From an uncultured virus (IMG/VR IMGVR_UViG_2576861188_000003) (Duplodnaviria > Heunggongvirae > Uroviricota > Caudoviricetes), in IMG/VR virus record IMGVR_UViG_2576861188_000003: a DNA stretch of 64,000 bases. The stretch is one strand, 5' to 3'. Shown one piece after another: positions 48,969-58,397 of this stretch. The notes beneath the pieces are model-generated. The model made no database searches. It saw nothing but the letters and a program-made list of their open reading frames with translations, and was not told the DNA's origin. Numbering within the stretch: the stretch's first letter is position 1; each line of letters begins with the position of its first letter. Position numbers and translations under genes: made by a program.

Positions 48969-49352
48969 TTACGCCGGGGGTTGAGACTTTTCCCGCGCTT
49001 CGTCCGCGTTGTTGATCAGGTCAAGCGCCTGTTTGAGCAGGCGTGAATGGATGGGTCCGTAAATTTCACGCACCTGCTCTTCTTCTTCAGCACTGAATAC
49101 CGGCTGCTTATCGGTATCACACAGAACATCAATGAACAGAACCACATCAGCGCAAAGATTACGGTGTGCCTTTTCCGATACCGACACATTTTCGTCATCA
49201 TCACCCGCTTTCACCACTTCCTGCCAGCGCAGCCAGGCTTCACCAGACGGCTCACGCAGAACCACTTTGACGCCTTCCCACTCAGGAACGGCGACCGTCT
49301 TATGACGGAAACCCGACATCTTAGCCAGGGCGAGATTTTTAATATTCTTCAT
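48969..49352 (-). CDS. Tail assembly chaperone G
   Basis: VPEWEGVKVVLREPS; after major tail gene. Confidence 0.85.
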   Translation of the reverse strand: MKNIKNLALAKMSGFRHKTVAVPEWEGVKVVLREPSGEAWLRWQEVVKAGDDDENVSVSEKAHRNLCADVVLFIDVLCDTDKQPVFSAEEEEQVREIYGPIHSRLLKQALDLINNADEAREKSQPPA

Positions 49353-49360
49353 GCGACCTC

Positions 49361-49804
49361 TCAGGAGCCAGACTCGATGCTTTCAGGCTTACCTTTCAGG
49401 CGCAGGGAGAACGTTGCCGCCACTACGCCGTTGGTACCGGAAGACCAGGTGTGCTGGCGGATTTCAGCCAGGAACTTAAAGCCTTTGCCAGACGGGAAAA
49501 TGACCTGGAAAGCGTAGGTCGTATCGTTGTCATACGCATCACGCAAGGCGTCCTGCGCCGGATTCTTGTAGAAGTTGCCGGACAGAGAGATTTCTGACGG
49601 AGAAGGCAGGCCGTTAATGTTCTCCTGCTCGGTCGAACAAAGCGTTGTTACGTCGATATCCTGCTTCTGACCACCGGTGAACTGAATTTCTTTGATGGTG
49701 CAACTCAGATCGAGAAAGGTTGCGGAATCCATCGTTTCTTTGGTGGCTGGCAGGGAGGAAATAAGGATCTTCGTCAGCTGCGATTTTTCATAAAGTGCAG
49801 ACAT
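49361..49804 (-). CDS. Major tail tube protein
   Basis: GGQKQDIDVTTLCSTEQENINGL. Confidence 0.87.
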   Translation of the reverse strand: MSALYEKSQLTKILISSLPATKETMDSATFLDLSCTIKEIQFTGGQKQDIDVTTLCSTEQENINGLPSPSEISLSGNFYKNPAQDALRDAYDNDTTYAFQVIFPSGKGFKFLAEIRQHTWSSGTNGVVAATFSLRLKGKPESIESGS

Positions 49805-49863
49805 AGCTGTCTCCTGGAAAAAGAAAACCCGCCATCAGGCGGGTTCGTTGGGTGAATTAATTG

Positions 49864-50211
49864 TCAGGGGGTAACTTTAAAATCCAGGGTGGCACGGTAG
49901 AGCCGATAATCTGGCTCGTACCCGGGGATTTTTACCACCTCTGTAGGGGTTAACGGCTCAAGCGAAGAGAGCACCAAATCTCTCAGGGTGCGTGATTCAG
50001 TGATCGTAGTGGAATACACATCTACCTGAATGGAAACCCTGCTCTCTGCCTGGCCACACAGCACGTCAGCGGAAACATCATCGACGATGGAAAAGATAAT
50101 CCAGGGTGGAGAGACAGACGGTTTCCCGTCACTACCTAATGGCGCAACGTAGGGATATACCCGCCCTTCTGCCAGGGGAGAAAGCAAAGCGTAGATATCA
50201 TCTTCATTCAC
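49864..50211 (-). CDS. Tail terminator (DUF3168-like)
   Basis: GRVYPYVAP; IQVDVYS. Confidence 0.8.
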   Translation of the reverse strand: MNEDDIYALLSPLAEGRVYPYVAPLGSDGKPSVSPPWIIFSIVDDVSADVLCGQAESRVSIQVDVYSTTITESRTLRDLVLSSLEPLTPTEVVKIPGYEPDYRLYRATLDFKVTP

Positions 50212-50657
50212 TTGCTCAACACCTCATCAATAGCCTGATTCATCCTAGCAATGGCGACGCTGGCGGCCTCTTCCTCGCGCGTATCGTAAGCGGGTCGCAC
50301 AAAAGGATGCGCAGGCATGTTCGCAGTGCCAAGCTCCACAAAGCGCCAGTAAAAGGCGTTTCTCGGGTTATTCGCCTTCATCGTGTTATCGCTGTTGCCG
50401 GTGCGAGGGTTAACGCCACGAATATGGACGCCGGAAGAAATCTCCCCGCGGCGGCGGCTTTTTTGGGTCACCACCACCACGTTTTTTTTCAGTTTCCCGG
50501 TGCGCACTGGTGCGCGTGCGATCACCTCTTCCTTAAGCACTTCGGCACCGGCGCGCGTAGCATCACGCAGAACCTTGTTGTTTTCAGCACGGCTAAGCGC
50601 CTCCAGATCCTTTGCAATGTCATTCAGCCCGGAAAAATCGAGGCTCGTCTCAATCAT
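50208..50657 (-). CDS. HK97 gp10-family protein
   Basis: APVRTGKL; FYWRFVELGT; HPFVRPA. Confidence 0.87.
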   Translation of the reverse strand: MIETSLDFSGLNDIAKDLEALSRAENNKVLRDATRAGAEVLKEEVIARAPVRTGKLKKNVVVVTQKSRRRGEISSGVHIRGVNPRTGNSDNTMKANNPRNAFYWRFVELGTANMPAHPFVRPAYDTREEEAASVAIARMNQAIDEVLSK

Positions 50658-50992
50658 TTTTCAACTCCCGTTTTGCAAAGAATTTCCAGGCGAGTGCCGG
50701 TCGCATTTGCTACAGGAGGACCGATGATATTTAGCACCTGACCTTTATACGGGCCGCTGAGGACTTCCAGACGAGAAGAGGCATTCAGCTCTGACCTGAA
50801 GCGCATCCAGACCCGATTGGTTGCCTGCGCCGTTTCCGCGCCGCCTGACATCTGCTCTCTGCCGCTGATCCCCTTTACCTCAGCCGGGACCGGGTTGCCA
50901 CCTGTCCACGATTCAACCGGCTGACCAGATGGATCGCGCGAAGTCGTGAAGGTGAGAATTTTTACCCGGTGCCTGAATCGTCCAGGTTCCAT
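50654..50992 (-). CDS. Head closure protein
   Basis: MEPGRFRHRV; synteny. Confidence 0.82.
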   Translation of the reverse strand: MEPGRFRHRVKILTFTTSRDPSGQPVESWTGGNPVPAEVKGISGREQMSGGAETAQATNRVWMRFRSELNASSRLEVLSGPYKGQVLNIIGPPVANATGTRLEILCKTGVEK

Positions 50993-51318
50993 CAGGAGCC
51001 CTCCTCAGGTTCAGATTTACCGCGCCAGTTGCGATGGATGAACATCATCCGTTCTGCGGCGGCGTTCTCATAAAGCTGTACTTCACTCTGCGCGGTCCTG
51101 TGCTCGAACATGTCCGCAAACACCAGCAGTACGGCGCCCTTCACTGCTGCAGGAATGTCAGTTGCCGCTTTCCATGCCGGTTCATCACACCACCGGTAGC
51201 AGTAGTCAAAGGCTGCCTGTGCGTACAGCGTGATCAGCTCGTCCCTGTCATCCTCCTCAAACTCAATCTGCTGTTTGAAAAGGGGGAGGCTAATTACATC
51301 CAAAACATCTATCGCCAT
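50992..51318 (-). CDS. Head-tail connector (HK97 gp6-like)
   Basis: IPAAVKGAVLLVFADMFEHR. Confidence 0.87.
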   Translation of the reverse strand: MAIDVLDVISLPLFKQQIEFEEDDRDELITLYAQAAFDYCYRWCDEPAWKAATDIPAAVKGAVLLVFADMFEHRTAQSEVQLYENAAAERMMFIHRNWRGKSEPEEGS

Positions 51319-51352
51319 ACGTTAAAAGGGCGGGTTACCCCGCCCTCCTCCA

Positions 51353-52510
51353 TCATGAGCCAGAAGAGAAAGTGCCCTTGATGATTGCCGTCGGGCGATA
51401 GTGCGCCAGCGCAAGGCGTTCTTCACACAGGATGGTCAGCATGTTTTTCACGAAGTTATCGCGGTCTTCACGGCTGACTTCCACGGTGGCATCCATGCGA
51501 TCCCACACCTGTGAGGCCATATCGAAACCGCCCACCGTAAAGGTACCGGCGGCCTGTGCCTTAGTCGGAACCACTGGCAGACCCCACATGATGTTGCTGG
51601 TAAACGCCTGAGGACCACCGAAGATATAGCGGCCTTCGTTGTCTTTCAGCAGCGCAATGTTGTGCCAGTCGCGCGGGTTCAGGACGATACCGGAAGCGCT
51701 AAACTCAGACTCGGTCACCTGGTAAATAGCGTGAGCGATAATGTCAGCGCGGGTGTCGCCGGTGGCATTCAGCGAGGTGTCGTAGGCGGTTGCCACTTTG
51801 TTCAGACCTTCCAGGTTATCCCCTGTACCGTCGCCGTTCAGCAGTTGGCCTTCTTCCTTCAGCGCCAGGCCATACATCAGACGGCCGTTGACGTATGACT
51901 GCAGCATTGGCGCATCGTCCATCACCTGACGTGATGCCTGCACCCAGTGCGCGATAGTCTTCACGTTCGCGGTCTGCTTGCTGAATGTGATATCCGATTC
52001 TGGCTTAAGCGCTTTCTCAGCCACCACATCGGCGTTATTGGTAAACACCTCTTCACGCACATATTCCAGAGCGTTACTGGAAATGCGGCCCTGAGCCAGC
52101 AGGTCACGGATGGTCAGACGGCGCAGGCCCGGCATGATAATTCCCGGGATCTGCATAGGCTGGATCAGTGCGCCAGCAGAATCAGCGTCACTGCCGAGCG
52201 ACTTATTGAACGTCTTCGCATCGAAGGTGCCCTGTTTACCGTCCCATGACTTAATGAGCTCTTCAGCAGCTCGTTCAGAGAAGGATTTCTTCTCACCCGG
52301 ATTCTCAGCGCCGGATGCCAGTTTCTGTTCAAGATCGAAGAGGCGGGTACCGGATTTGGTCAGTTCTTCCTGTACCTTCACCAGGTCGGCCTGCAACTGT
52401 TTGGATACCTTACCCGTGCTTTCGATTTCTGCTTTCTGTGCATCGAAAAGCTGGGACATTTTCTGCTGGGATTCTTCAATAGCTTTTTGAATGAGAGCGA
52501 GTTCAGACAT
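51353..52510 (-). CDS. Major capsid protein, HK97 gp5-like, 385 aa
   Basis: MSELALIQKAIEESQQKM; NK/SLGS cleavage site; crosslink motifs ALKPES, FVKNML, LCEER. Confidence 0.96.
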   Translation of the reverse strand: MSELALIQKAIEESQQKMSQLFDAQKAEIESTGKVSKQLQADLVKVQEELTKSGTRLFDLEQKLASGAENPGEKKSFSERAAEELIKSWDGKQGTFDAKTFNKSLGSDADSAGALIQPMQIPGIIMPGLRRLTIRDLLAQGRISSNALEYVREEVFTNNADVVAEKALKPESDITFSKQTANVKTIAHWVQASRQVMDDAPMLQSYVNGRLMYGLALKEEGQLLNGDGTGDNLEGLNKVATAYDTSLNATGDTRADIIAHAIYQVTESEFSASGIVLNPRDWHNIALLKDNEGRYIFGGPQAFTSNIMWGLPVVPTKAQAAGTFTVGGFDMASQVWDRMDATVEVSREDRDNFVKNMLTILCEERLALAHYRPTAIIKGTFSSGS

Positions 52511-52512
52511 AA

Positions 52513-53190
52513 TTAATTACCTAAATTAGAAGGGAAAGATTTAATGCTCTGAAGCAGAGCGTTGATTTGTACTTCGTTTCCGTCGCCCTCGGACTCGCTC
52601 CGAATCGCTGACTTAAACCGGGCTATTAGCCCAACTGCCTGTGATTTGGTGAGCCCGACTGAATCCCTCAGCCAGTTCTCCACATCACGAATTGTTTCAA
52701 TGCCGTCGACACTTTTCATGGCTGCGATGCCAGCCTGTTCGTTGGCGGGGAAAGTGCAGACGCTGATTTCGCGCAGAGCCTGGATATTCTTAAAAATGCG
52801 GCCTGTTGGAATGATGGTGTAGTCATCTTTCGCAACGGAAAAGCCAACCGACATACCTTCAACCGTACCGTGCTGCATTGCCGCTTTCAGGTCGGCGGCG
52901 CCGCTGTGCCCTGGGGTAAGTTGACCGCGCACATACAGGCCTTTTTCGTCTTCTGCCAGGCTGTCCCATTTACCAACCGGCAGCTCCCACGTCTTGTGGT
53001 TGAAGAACATCGCCACTTTGCGGGTCTGGTTCGCCAGTGCATTTTTAAACGCCCCGGGCAGAATGATGTCGCCATCGGAATCGGTGTTATTAAAAACAGA
53101 GGCGTAGCCTTCAAAAATCCCCTGTTTACCGTCACCGGTGAATTTGATTTCTGTCTCGTCGAAGGACAGCGTTTTTACGATCTCAGGCAT
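52513..53190 (-). CDS. Prohead protease (HK97 gp4-like)
   Basis: FEGYASVF, FFNH, GMSVGF, EISVCTFPAN. Confidence 0.93.
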   Translation of the reverse strand: MPEIVKTLSFDETEIKFTGDGKQGIFEGYASVFNNTDSDGDIILPGAFKNALANQTRKVAMFFNHKTWELPVGKWDSLAEDEKGLYVRGQLTPGHSGAADLKAAMQHGTVEGMSVGFSVAKDDYTIIPTGRIFKNIQALREISVCTFPANEQAGIAAMKSVDGIETIRDVENWLRDSVGLTKSQAVGLIARFKSAIRSESEGDGNEVQINALLQSIKSFPSNLGN

Positions 53191-53207
53191 TACGGCCCCC
53201 ATAAAAA

Positions 53208-54482
53208 TTAAGCCCCGTTATTACGGGGCTCTTTGTTGGTTCCTAAATCGGTGATCGGCACGTATTGCGACTGGCGCATTGCCACATCGCCACCCGGCAA
53301 TGGCGGGAGGTTGTCTGTTCGTCGCATCTCGTTGATGGTGCGTAGCCCTGCCTCTCCCATTGCCTTCATAAAGGCAGCGCGGGATGCCGAATCGCCCCTC
53401 AGCAGGCCGTCGAGGTTGTGCTCAGCATGAATGCGGCCGACATCCTTAGCAGGAATAAGCCACCGCTGAACGCTGTTTTCCCACCGGGAGATATAGGGCT
53501 GCAGGGTGTACTGCAGGAAGCCGAGATTCTGCTGCTCGATGCCCGATCCCCAGCTCGTTGATTTCTCGACGTCGCCGACAAGGTGAGGCGGTACGCCAAA
53601 GAATCGCGCCAGTTCACTTACCTGAAATTTTCGGGACGCCATCATTTCGGCATCCTGCGGCGTTACGCCAATTGCCGATGTGGAAAAGCCCGCTTCCAGT
53701 ATCCAGAGGCGTTTTTTAACCGGACCGCCGGCGATCTCTTTGAAGTTCTCTTCGACCTGCGAGCGCTGCTGTTCAGTTAGCACTTTTTCGCCGGTTGAGA
53801 GGATTTGCGGAGACTTGGCGCCGTTGGCAAAGAAATCTCGCTGCTGGTCCTCCATCGCAACTGCCACACCTGCCGATTTACAGGCAAAAGCAATGGGGGA
53901 CAGGCCGACCAGCCCGGTAAAGCCGAAGCCTTTAAGGTGAAAAATCTCTCTCTGCGAAAAGTCGGCGTATTCGCTGTCGCGCTGATAGCGATAAACCACT
54001 TTTTTTCCGACAAGTTTCACATCCATACTGGCTGACTGAAGCGGGAGAAGGCTGATCACGTCACCCGCGCTGTTGCGATCAATCAGTGCATACGCGTTAC
54101 CGAAGAAACAGAGCTGCATCGTCATGGCCTCCCTGAATTCCTGGGCGGTCATGTACTGATTCGGCGAGTAGCGCAGCAGTCGCGCCAGCGGATTGCTCAA
54201 ATCCACTTTTTTACGGTTGTCATTCTGGTCTGTTTCGAAGACATCAAGCGGTAAGCATGCCGTGAGCGTTGAAATCAGGCTCACGCAGCGCCAAACCGTC
54301 GAAATTTGCAGTATCCGTTCATCGTTAATGGATGAATCGCCCAGGTGTCCGTGGGCCGAAACAGGCCCCGTCTGTGAGCCCTGATTTGGGGTGACTAAAC
54401 GCCCGCCGACAAACCAGGACTGCAGCCTTGCCCACCAGCCGTTATTGGTGCGCAGGTCAATCGTGTATTTAGGTTCTTCCAT
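53208..54482 (-). CDS. Portal protein (HK97 gp3-like)
   Basis: MEEPKYTIDLRT; ARFFGVPPHLVG. Confidence 0.95.
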   Translation of the reverse strand: MEEPKYTIDLRTNNGWWARLQSWFVGGRLVTPNQGSQTGPVSAHGHLGDSSINDERILQISTVWRCVSLISTLTACLPLDVFETDQNDNRKKVDLSNPLARLLRYSPNQYMTAQEFREAMTMQLCFFGNAYALIDRNSAGDVISLLPLQSASMDVKLVGKKVVYRYQRDSEYADFSQREIFHLKGFGFTGLVGLSPIAFACKSAGVAVAMEDQQRDFFANGAKSPQILSTGEKVLTEQQRSQVEENFKEIAGGPVKKRLWILEAGFSTSAIGVTPQDAEMMASRKFQVSELARFFGVPPHLVGDVEKSTSWGSGIEQQNLGFLQYTLQPYISRWENSVQRWLIPAKDVGRIHAEHNLDGLLRGDSASRAAFMKAMGEAGLRTINEMRRTDNLPPLPGGDVAMRQSQYVPITDLGTNKEPRNNGA

Positions 54483-55996
54483 CACATGCTCAGCGGTCGG
54501 AAAATGAAGTCATCGAAGTCACCACCCTGTTCGGTAACTTCCCCATTAGCAGCACCAACGGACATTGTCATTGCGACCATGCCATCAATACGGCCTGTTG
54601 CTTTGGACTTATCGAGCTTGCGGTTGCCAGCAGCATCTTTCACCACCACCGCATTCACAGCACACATCGTTAATACGGGGTGCATGCCATGCCTCACCCG
54701 CCCGTTAAGCATCAGAGACTCCAGCGTGTCTACAGCTGGCCCCATATCCTTAAAACCCTGTCCGAACTCGACCAGCGGGAGGCTCAGCCCAATGGCATCG
54801 GCATCCTTCCTGAACTGGTCAATGCGCCAGCGGTCAAAAGCCATCGAGGTAAGGTCGAAATCACCGATAATTTCAGCGATATCCGCAACGACGAATGAGT
54901 AATCCACTGAAGCGCCTGGCGTGGTGCGCAGCAGCCCCTCTCTCACCCAAACGTCATAGGGTGCGCGGTCCGTTTTGGTTCGCTCTTCAAGAGTCTTTTG
55001 CGGTGTCCAGAAGAAGGGGAAAATATCCCAGACACCATCATCTGCTTCACCAGCGATAACCAGCGCCGTTAAGTCGTTCCTGGCTGACAGATCCAGCCCC
55101 GCGTACCACTTCCTCGGGGTGTTAATCGGCATCTCTCCGCAAAGCTCCCACACGCTGCGGGAGATAAACGGCGATACGGTAGAAACGCGCTGATTGAGGT
55201 TGAGATTTCGGAAGGTGTTTTCGAAGCTTGGCATTCGGCCTGCTTTCTCGGCCTGGCGCGCCATGTCTTTTTCTGACCTGAATGTTCCCAGCGCCGGGTT
55301 CGCAGCCAGCCAGGACTCGCGTTTACTAATATCGGCGTCTTTTGGCGCTTCATAAACGTGGCACACGATGTGCGGATCTTTCGATTTGACCGCATCATCA
55401 ATCCAGATGCTCAGCAGGTCAGCATCGTTTGCTGCCTGCGTACTGATAACTATCAGCAGCGGGTTTTCATGCGCCCCCTGCGCGGTAGTTATTGCATCGA
55501 TAAAATCATCCTGCGGCCCCCTAACCTGCCCGGTTTCATCGAGAATGGCCAGAATGGGGGAAAGGCCGTGCGTCGTCTTTCCTTCTGCGGATAAAGCCTT
55601 GTATTCGACGTTACACGGCAGGCCGATCAGCTTTTTGCCGCTTGGCGTAATGTGCACAATCTCCTGCAGCTTAGGGTTCAGGTTGACCATCTTCACCGCG
55701 AGGTTAAAAACGATGGCCGCCTGTTCCCGGCTAAGTGCACCGCTGACAATCTGCGTGTTCTGGACCGCTTCAGGCCCCACCAGGTGAGCCAGAAGGATTC
55801 CAGCGATTAAGCCTGTTTTACCGTTTTTTCGGGCGATGCTGAGGATCGCCATATCCGTTCCGGCTGGATTGTCGTAAACCGCCAGGATGAAATCTTTCTG
55901 AAAGGGGTCCAACCGCATAGGCTGGCCGATAAGCTTGCCTTCCGGCACGATGCAAAAGCGCTCAATGAACGCTATTACACGCTCACCTCGCGTCAT
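54482..55996 (-). CDS. Terminase large subunit
   Basis: IARKNGKT, ILDE, GLDLS, RIDGMVA. Confidence 0.95.
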   Translation of the reverse strand: MTRGERVIAFIERFCIVPEGKLIGQPMRLDPFQKDFILAVYDNPAGTDMAILSIARKNGKTGLIAGILLAHLVGPEAVQNTQIVSGALSREQAAIVFNLAVKMVNLNPKLQEIVHITPSGKKLIGLPCNVEYKALSAEGKTTHGLSPILAILDETGQVRGPQDDFIDAITTAQGAHENPLLIVISTQAANDADLLSIWIDDAVKSKDPHIVCHVYEAPKDADISKRESWLAANPALGTFRSEKDMARQAEKAGRMPSFENTFRNLNLNQRVSTVSPFISRSVWELCGEMPINTPRKWYAGLDLSARNDLTALVIAGEADDGVWDIFPFFWTPQKTLEERTKTDRAPYDVWVREGLLRTTPGASVDYSFVVADIAEIIGDFDLTSMAFDRWRIDQFRKDADAIGLSLPLVEFGQGFKDMGPAVDTLESLMLNGRVRHGMHPVLTMCAVNAVVVKDAAGNRKLDKSKATGRIDGMVAMTMSVGAANGEVTEQGGDFDDFIFRPLSM

Positions 55997-56002
55997 AGTC
56001 TT

Positions 56003-56488
56003 TTATCCGTGCTTGGGAAAGGCGATCAGGTTGTCGTCCTGGTCCTGATGCTCGGTTTTGGTATTTCGTGCATCACGATCATTCTGATTGCGTTTCTTCT
56101 GGTCGCGGCTTTCACCGTTGGTTGCGTGGGAATGGATCTGCAGGTCACGGCGCTGAGCCAGGATAGTTCGCTGCAAATCAGGAATTTGTTTGCGGAGGTT
56201 TTTAATCAGCGCCTCATTTCTCGCTTCGCCGCGCACGCGTTCTTCTTTACGCAAATCTCTGCGTAAAACGGTGAGATAGAGCTGGTTATTTGCCAGTTCT
56301 GCAGCGGCCAGAAGGTCGGCTGGCGTCCAGCTGTCCAGAGCTTTCGATCTGATATTGTCATGCCAGAATGGTTCGGCTTTTTTTTCCAAACCTGCATGGG
56401 ACGGAGGATCGATGGTGTCCACTGCTGCATTTTTCATGGCCTGAACCGCTGCCGCCGAACTGTCGGAACGGGTTCGTTTATCTGCCAT
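56003..56488 (-). CDS. Terminase small subunit
   Basis: 161 aa upstream of terL, MADKRTRSDS. Confidence 0.88.
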   Translation of the reverse strand: MADKRTRSDSSAAAVQAMKNAAVDTIDPPSHAGLEKKAEPFWHDNIRSKALDSWTPADLLAAAELANNQLYLTVLRRDLRKEERVRGEARNEALIKNLRKQIPDLQRTILAQRRDLQIHSHATNGESRDQKKRNQNDRDARNTKTEHQDQDDNLIAFPKHG

Positions 56489-56537
56489 ATGTCAACACCT
56501 TAAAACTAAAAAAATCGGGTTAGCGTTAAAATCAAAC

Positions 56538-56547
56538 TTTGGCGGCG
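56538..56547 (-). other. Putative HK97-type cos site
   Basis: CGCCGCCAAA 50 nt upstream of terS, preceded by a G run; HK97 sequence recalled, not checked. Confidence 0.6.
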
Positions 56548-56672
56548 GTCATTTGGGGCAAAGGTTTTGAAGATTTGATCCCCCCCCCTGCCCTGATGCG
56601 ATTCATTCTCATTTGATATCGTTGCATTTGAAATGATTTCACATGATAGGTAATCGACTTGCCGCCGCCGTG

Positions 56673-56876
56673 CTATGCCGAATGTTTGTCTACCTGTTCG
56701 AGTTTCTGAGTGCCTTTCCCACACCCGGAGACAACATGCCCTGAGACGGTCACCGTCGGCACCTCCTGGCCTACAGCGTGCGAGAACTTAATGGATGTCA
56801 CGTCCTTCATCTCCACGCCATCAATCACCAGACGAACGAATTTTCCATTGCGGTATTCAATGCTGAGGTCTTTCAT
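56673..56876 (-). CDS. Hypothetical protein, 67 aa
   Basis: TAATG coupling to upstream HNH gene. Confidence 0.6.
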   Translation of the reverse strand: MKDLSIEYRNGKFVRLVIDGVEMKDVTSIKFSHAVGQEVPTVTVSGHVVSGCGKGTQKLEQVDKHSA

Positions 56877-57217
56877 TACGTGCTCCAGTGAGACGCAGGA
56901 TCGAGCGGGTAGCCATTGGCATCACAGCCTATTACCGCGCCGCTCTTCTCCATTCTCTGTTTCGTTGAATCATGATGCGCTTTGCACAGTGGCTGCCAGT
57001 TCTCTTTACTCCAGAACAGGGTCTGTGCTTTCGATATGGCCAGCGGGTTACCTGACTTAAGCGCATCTTTGAGTTTGTGGGGCTCGATATGGTCAACCAC
57101 CGTTGCCGGGGTAATGCGTCCCTGCTGCTCGCACATCACACATAGTGGGTGCTGCTGCAGGAAGCGCAGACGGGCCTTATCCCATCGGCTGCCATATACG
57201 CGGGGCTCTTTGTTCAT
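56876..57217 (-). CDS. Terminase-associated HNH endonuclease (HK97 gp74-like)
   Basis: HPLCVMC, VVDHIEPH, NWQPLCKAHH; next to cos. Confidence 0.9.
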   Translation of the reverse strand: MNKEPRVYGSRWDKARLRFLQQHPLCVMCEQQGRITPATVVDHIEPHKLKDALKSGNPLAISKAQTLFWSKENWQPLCKAHHDSTKQRMEKSGAVIGCDANGYPLDPASHWST

Positions 57218-57273
57218 GGCGGTCTCCATGCGCAGCAGTGCTCAAAGTGAGGAAGGATGGGATAAACAATAGC

Positions 57274-57864
57274 TTACGCAAGTCTCCACGCGCGGCGGCG
57301 TTCTGTCCTCGGCTCGTTGTCGGGGTGACGTTCAACTGTCGGCAGGTCAGCATGATCCACCAGTGAGTAACACGGATAAATCACCCGGCCACCGAACGCC
57401 TCACCGACAGCGTAATCAGCTGCCAGCGTTTTATTCCACGCATTAAGCATGTGCGCCATCCTGCCCTGAGGAGGGCTGTAACATACGCCGTGAATCAGCT
57501 TGCTCAATACGATGTGGTCACCACAAACGCGATCCGCATCCACCAACATTCCGGCTATCTCTTTCTGATACTGTGGAGGTCTGCCGGTACCGAGATAAAA
57601 GCTCAGCATGTCGTCAGGGAAGCGCACCATCCAGCCAGTTACCTTTTCGGTAAATCCATGTACCGGCAGCGCGTCATCTTCCAGCACCACTACCCGGCAG
57701 GGTTGGCAGGCAGCCCACTCAAGCGCGCGCCGATGATTCCAGTTCGCGCCGTGGTCACCGTCATCAATAAGCAGATGAGCATCCAGCAGCGCGGCAAGTC
57801 GTTGCGCATGACCTATGCGAGAGTGATGTCCAACCACAACAAACTTAATCTCTGTCTGCATCAT
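57274..57864 (-). CDS. GT-A fold glycosyltransferase (GT25-like), 196 aa
   Basis: NHRRALEW...VVVLEDDA, SFYLGTGRP, SLVDH. Confidence 0.72.
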   Translation of the reverse strand: MMQTEIKFVVVGHHSRIGHAQRLAALLDAHLLIDDGDHGANWNHRRALEWAACQPCRVVVLEDDALPVHGFTEKVTGWMVRFPDDMLSFYLGTGRPPQYQKEIAGMLVDADRVCGDHIVLSKLIHGVCYSPPQGRMAHMLNAWNKTLAADYAVGEAFGGRVIYPCYSLVDHADLPTVERHPDNEPRTERRRAWRLA

Positions 57865-58357
57865 TATGGGTAAACACCTTGTTGCGGGCTCGACGTGCAG
57901 CTTCAGCTGCCAACTCTGCTGTTTCATGGAACCCAGCGTGATAACGCTTTCCTTCATGATTGCAGTAAGCAAGCCATTTGTTTTTTTGTTTATTCCACGA
58001 TACGCCGCGATATCCAGATGTTGAGCGGGAATCAACAACACATTGGTTCTCAGCGTTTTGCTTTGGTGATACAAGTCGGAGGTGATGAGGGTTTACACAT
58101 AAGGTGTTGTGACAGATATGGTCTATATACTTACCTTCCGGTATTGGCCCATTCTGCAATTCCCAAGAAACCCGGTGGGCTAAAAGAACCTTTGGGTTAC
58201 CAGAGGCATTTCGATCTGTACCAATAACCCCATAAGTTAACTTTCTTTCTCCGCTACCGCCCTTCACTGTTGCGGCACACCAGCACCAACAATCTTCTTC
58301 ACCTTTTTTATCAACCTTTATCCAAAATCTCTCTTCAATCGTCTTTCTTGCGGCCAT
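57845..58357 (-). CDS. HNH homing endonuclease with AP2 domain
   Basis: AHRVSWE...IDHICHNTLCVNPHHL...EN; SGYRGVSW...AELAAEA. Confidence 0.88.
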   Translation of the reverse strand: MAARKTIEERFWIKVDKKGEEDCWCWCAATVKGGSGERKLTYGVIGTDRNASGNPKVLLAHRVSWELQNGPIPEGKYIDHICHNTLCVNPHHLRLVSPKQNAENQCVVDSRSTSGYRGVSWNKQKNKWLAYCNHEGKRYHAGFHETAELAAEAARRARNKVFTHNDADRD

Positions 58358-58397
58358 GACAATGCCTCCCGGTTAAAGGATTTTCAGGATAATGAAA

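Noticed and set aside
57218..57290. Short TGGAGAC repeat and 56-bp spacer between GT and packaging HNH
   Set aside because: Possible small insertion scar, but a 7-bp match is too weak to interpret
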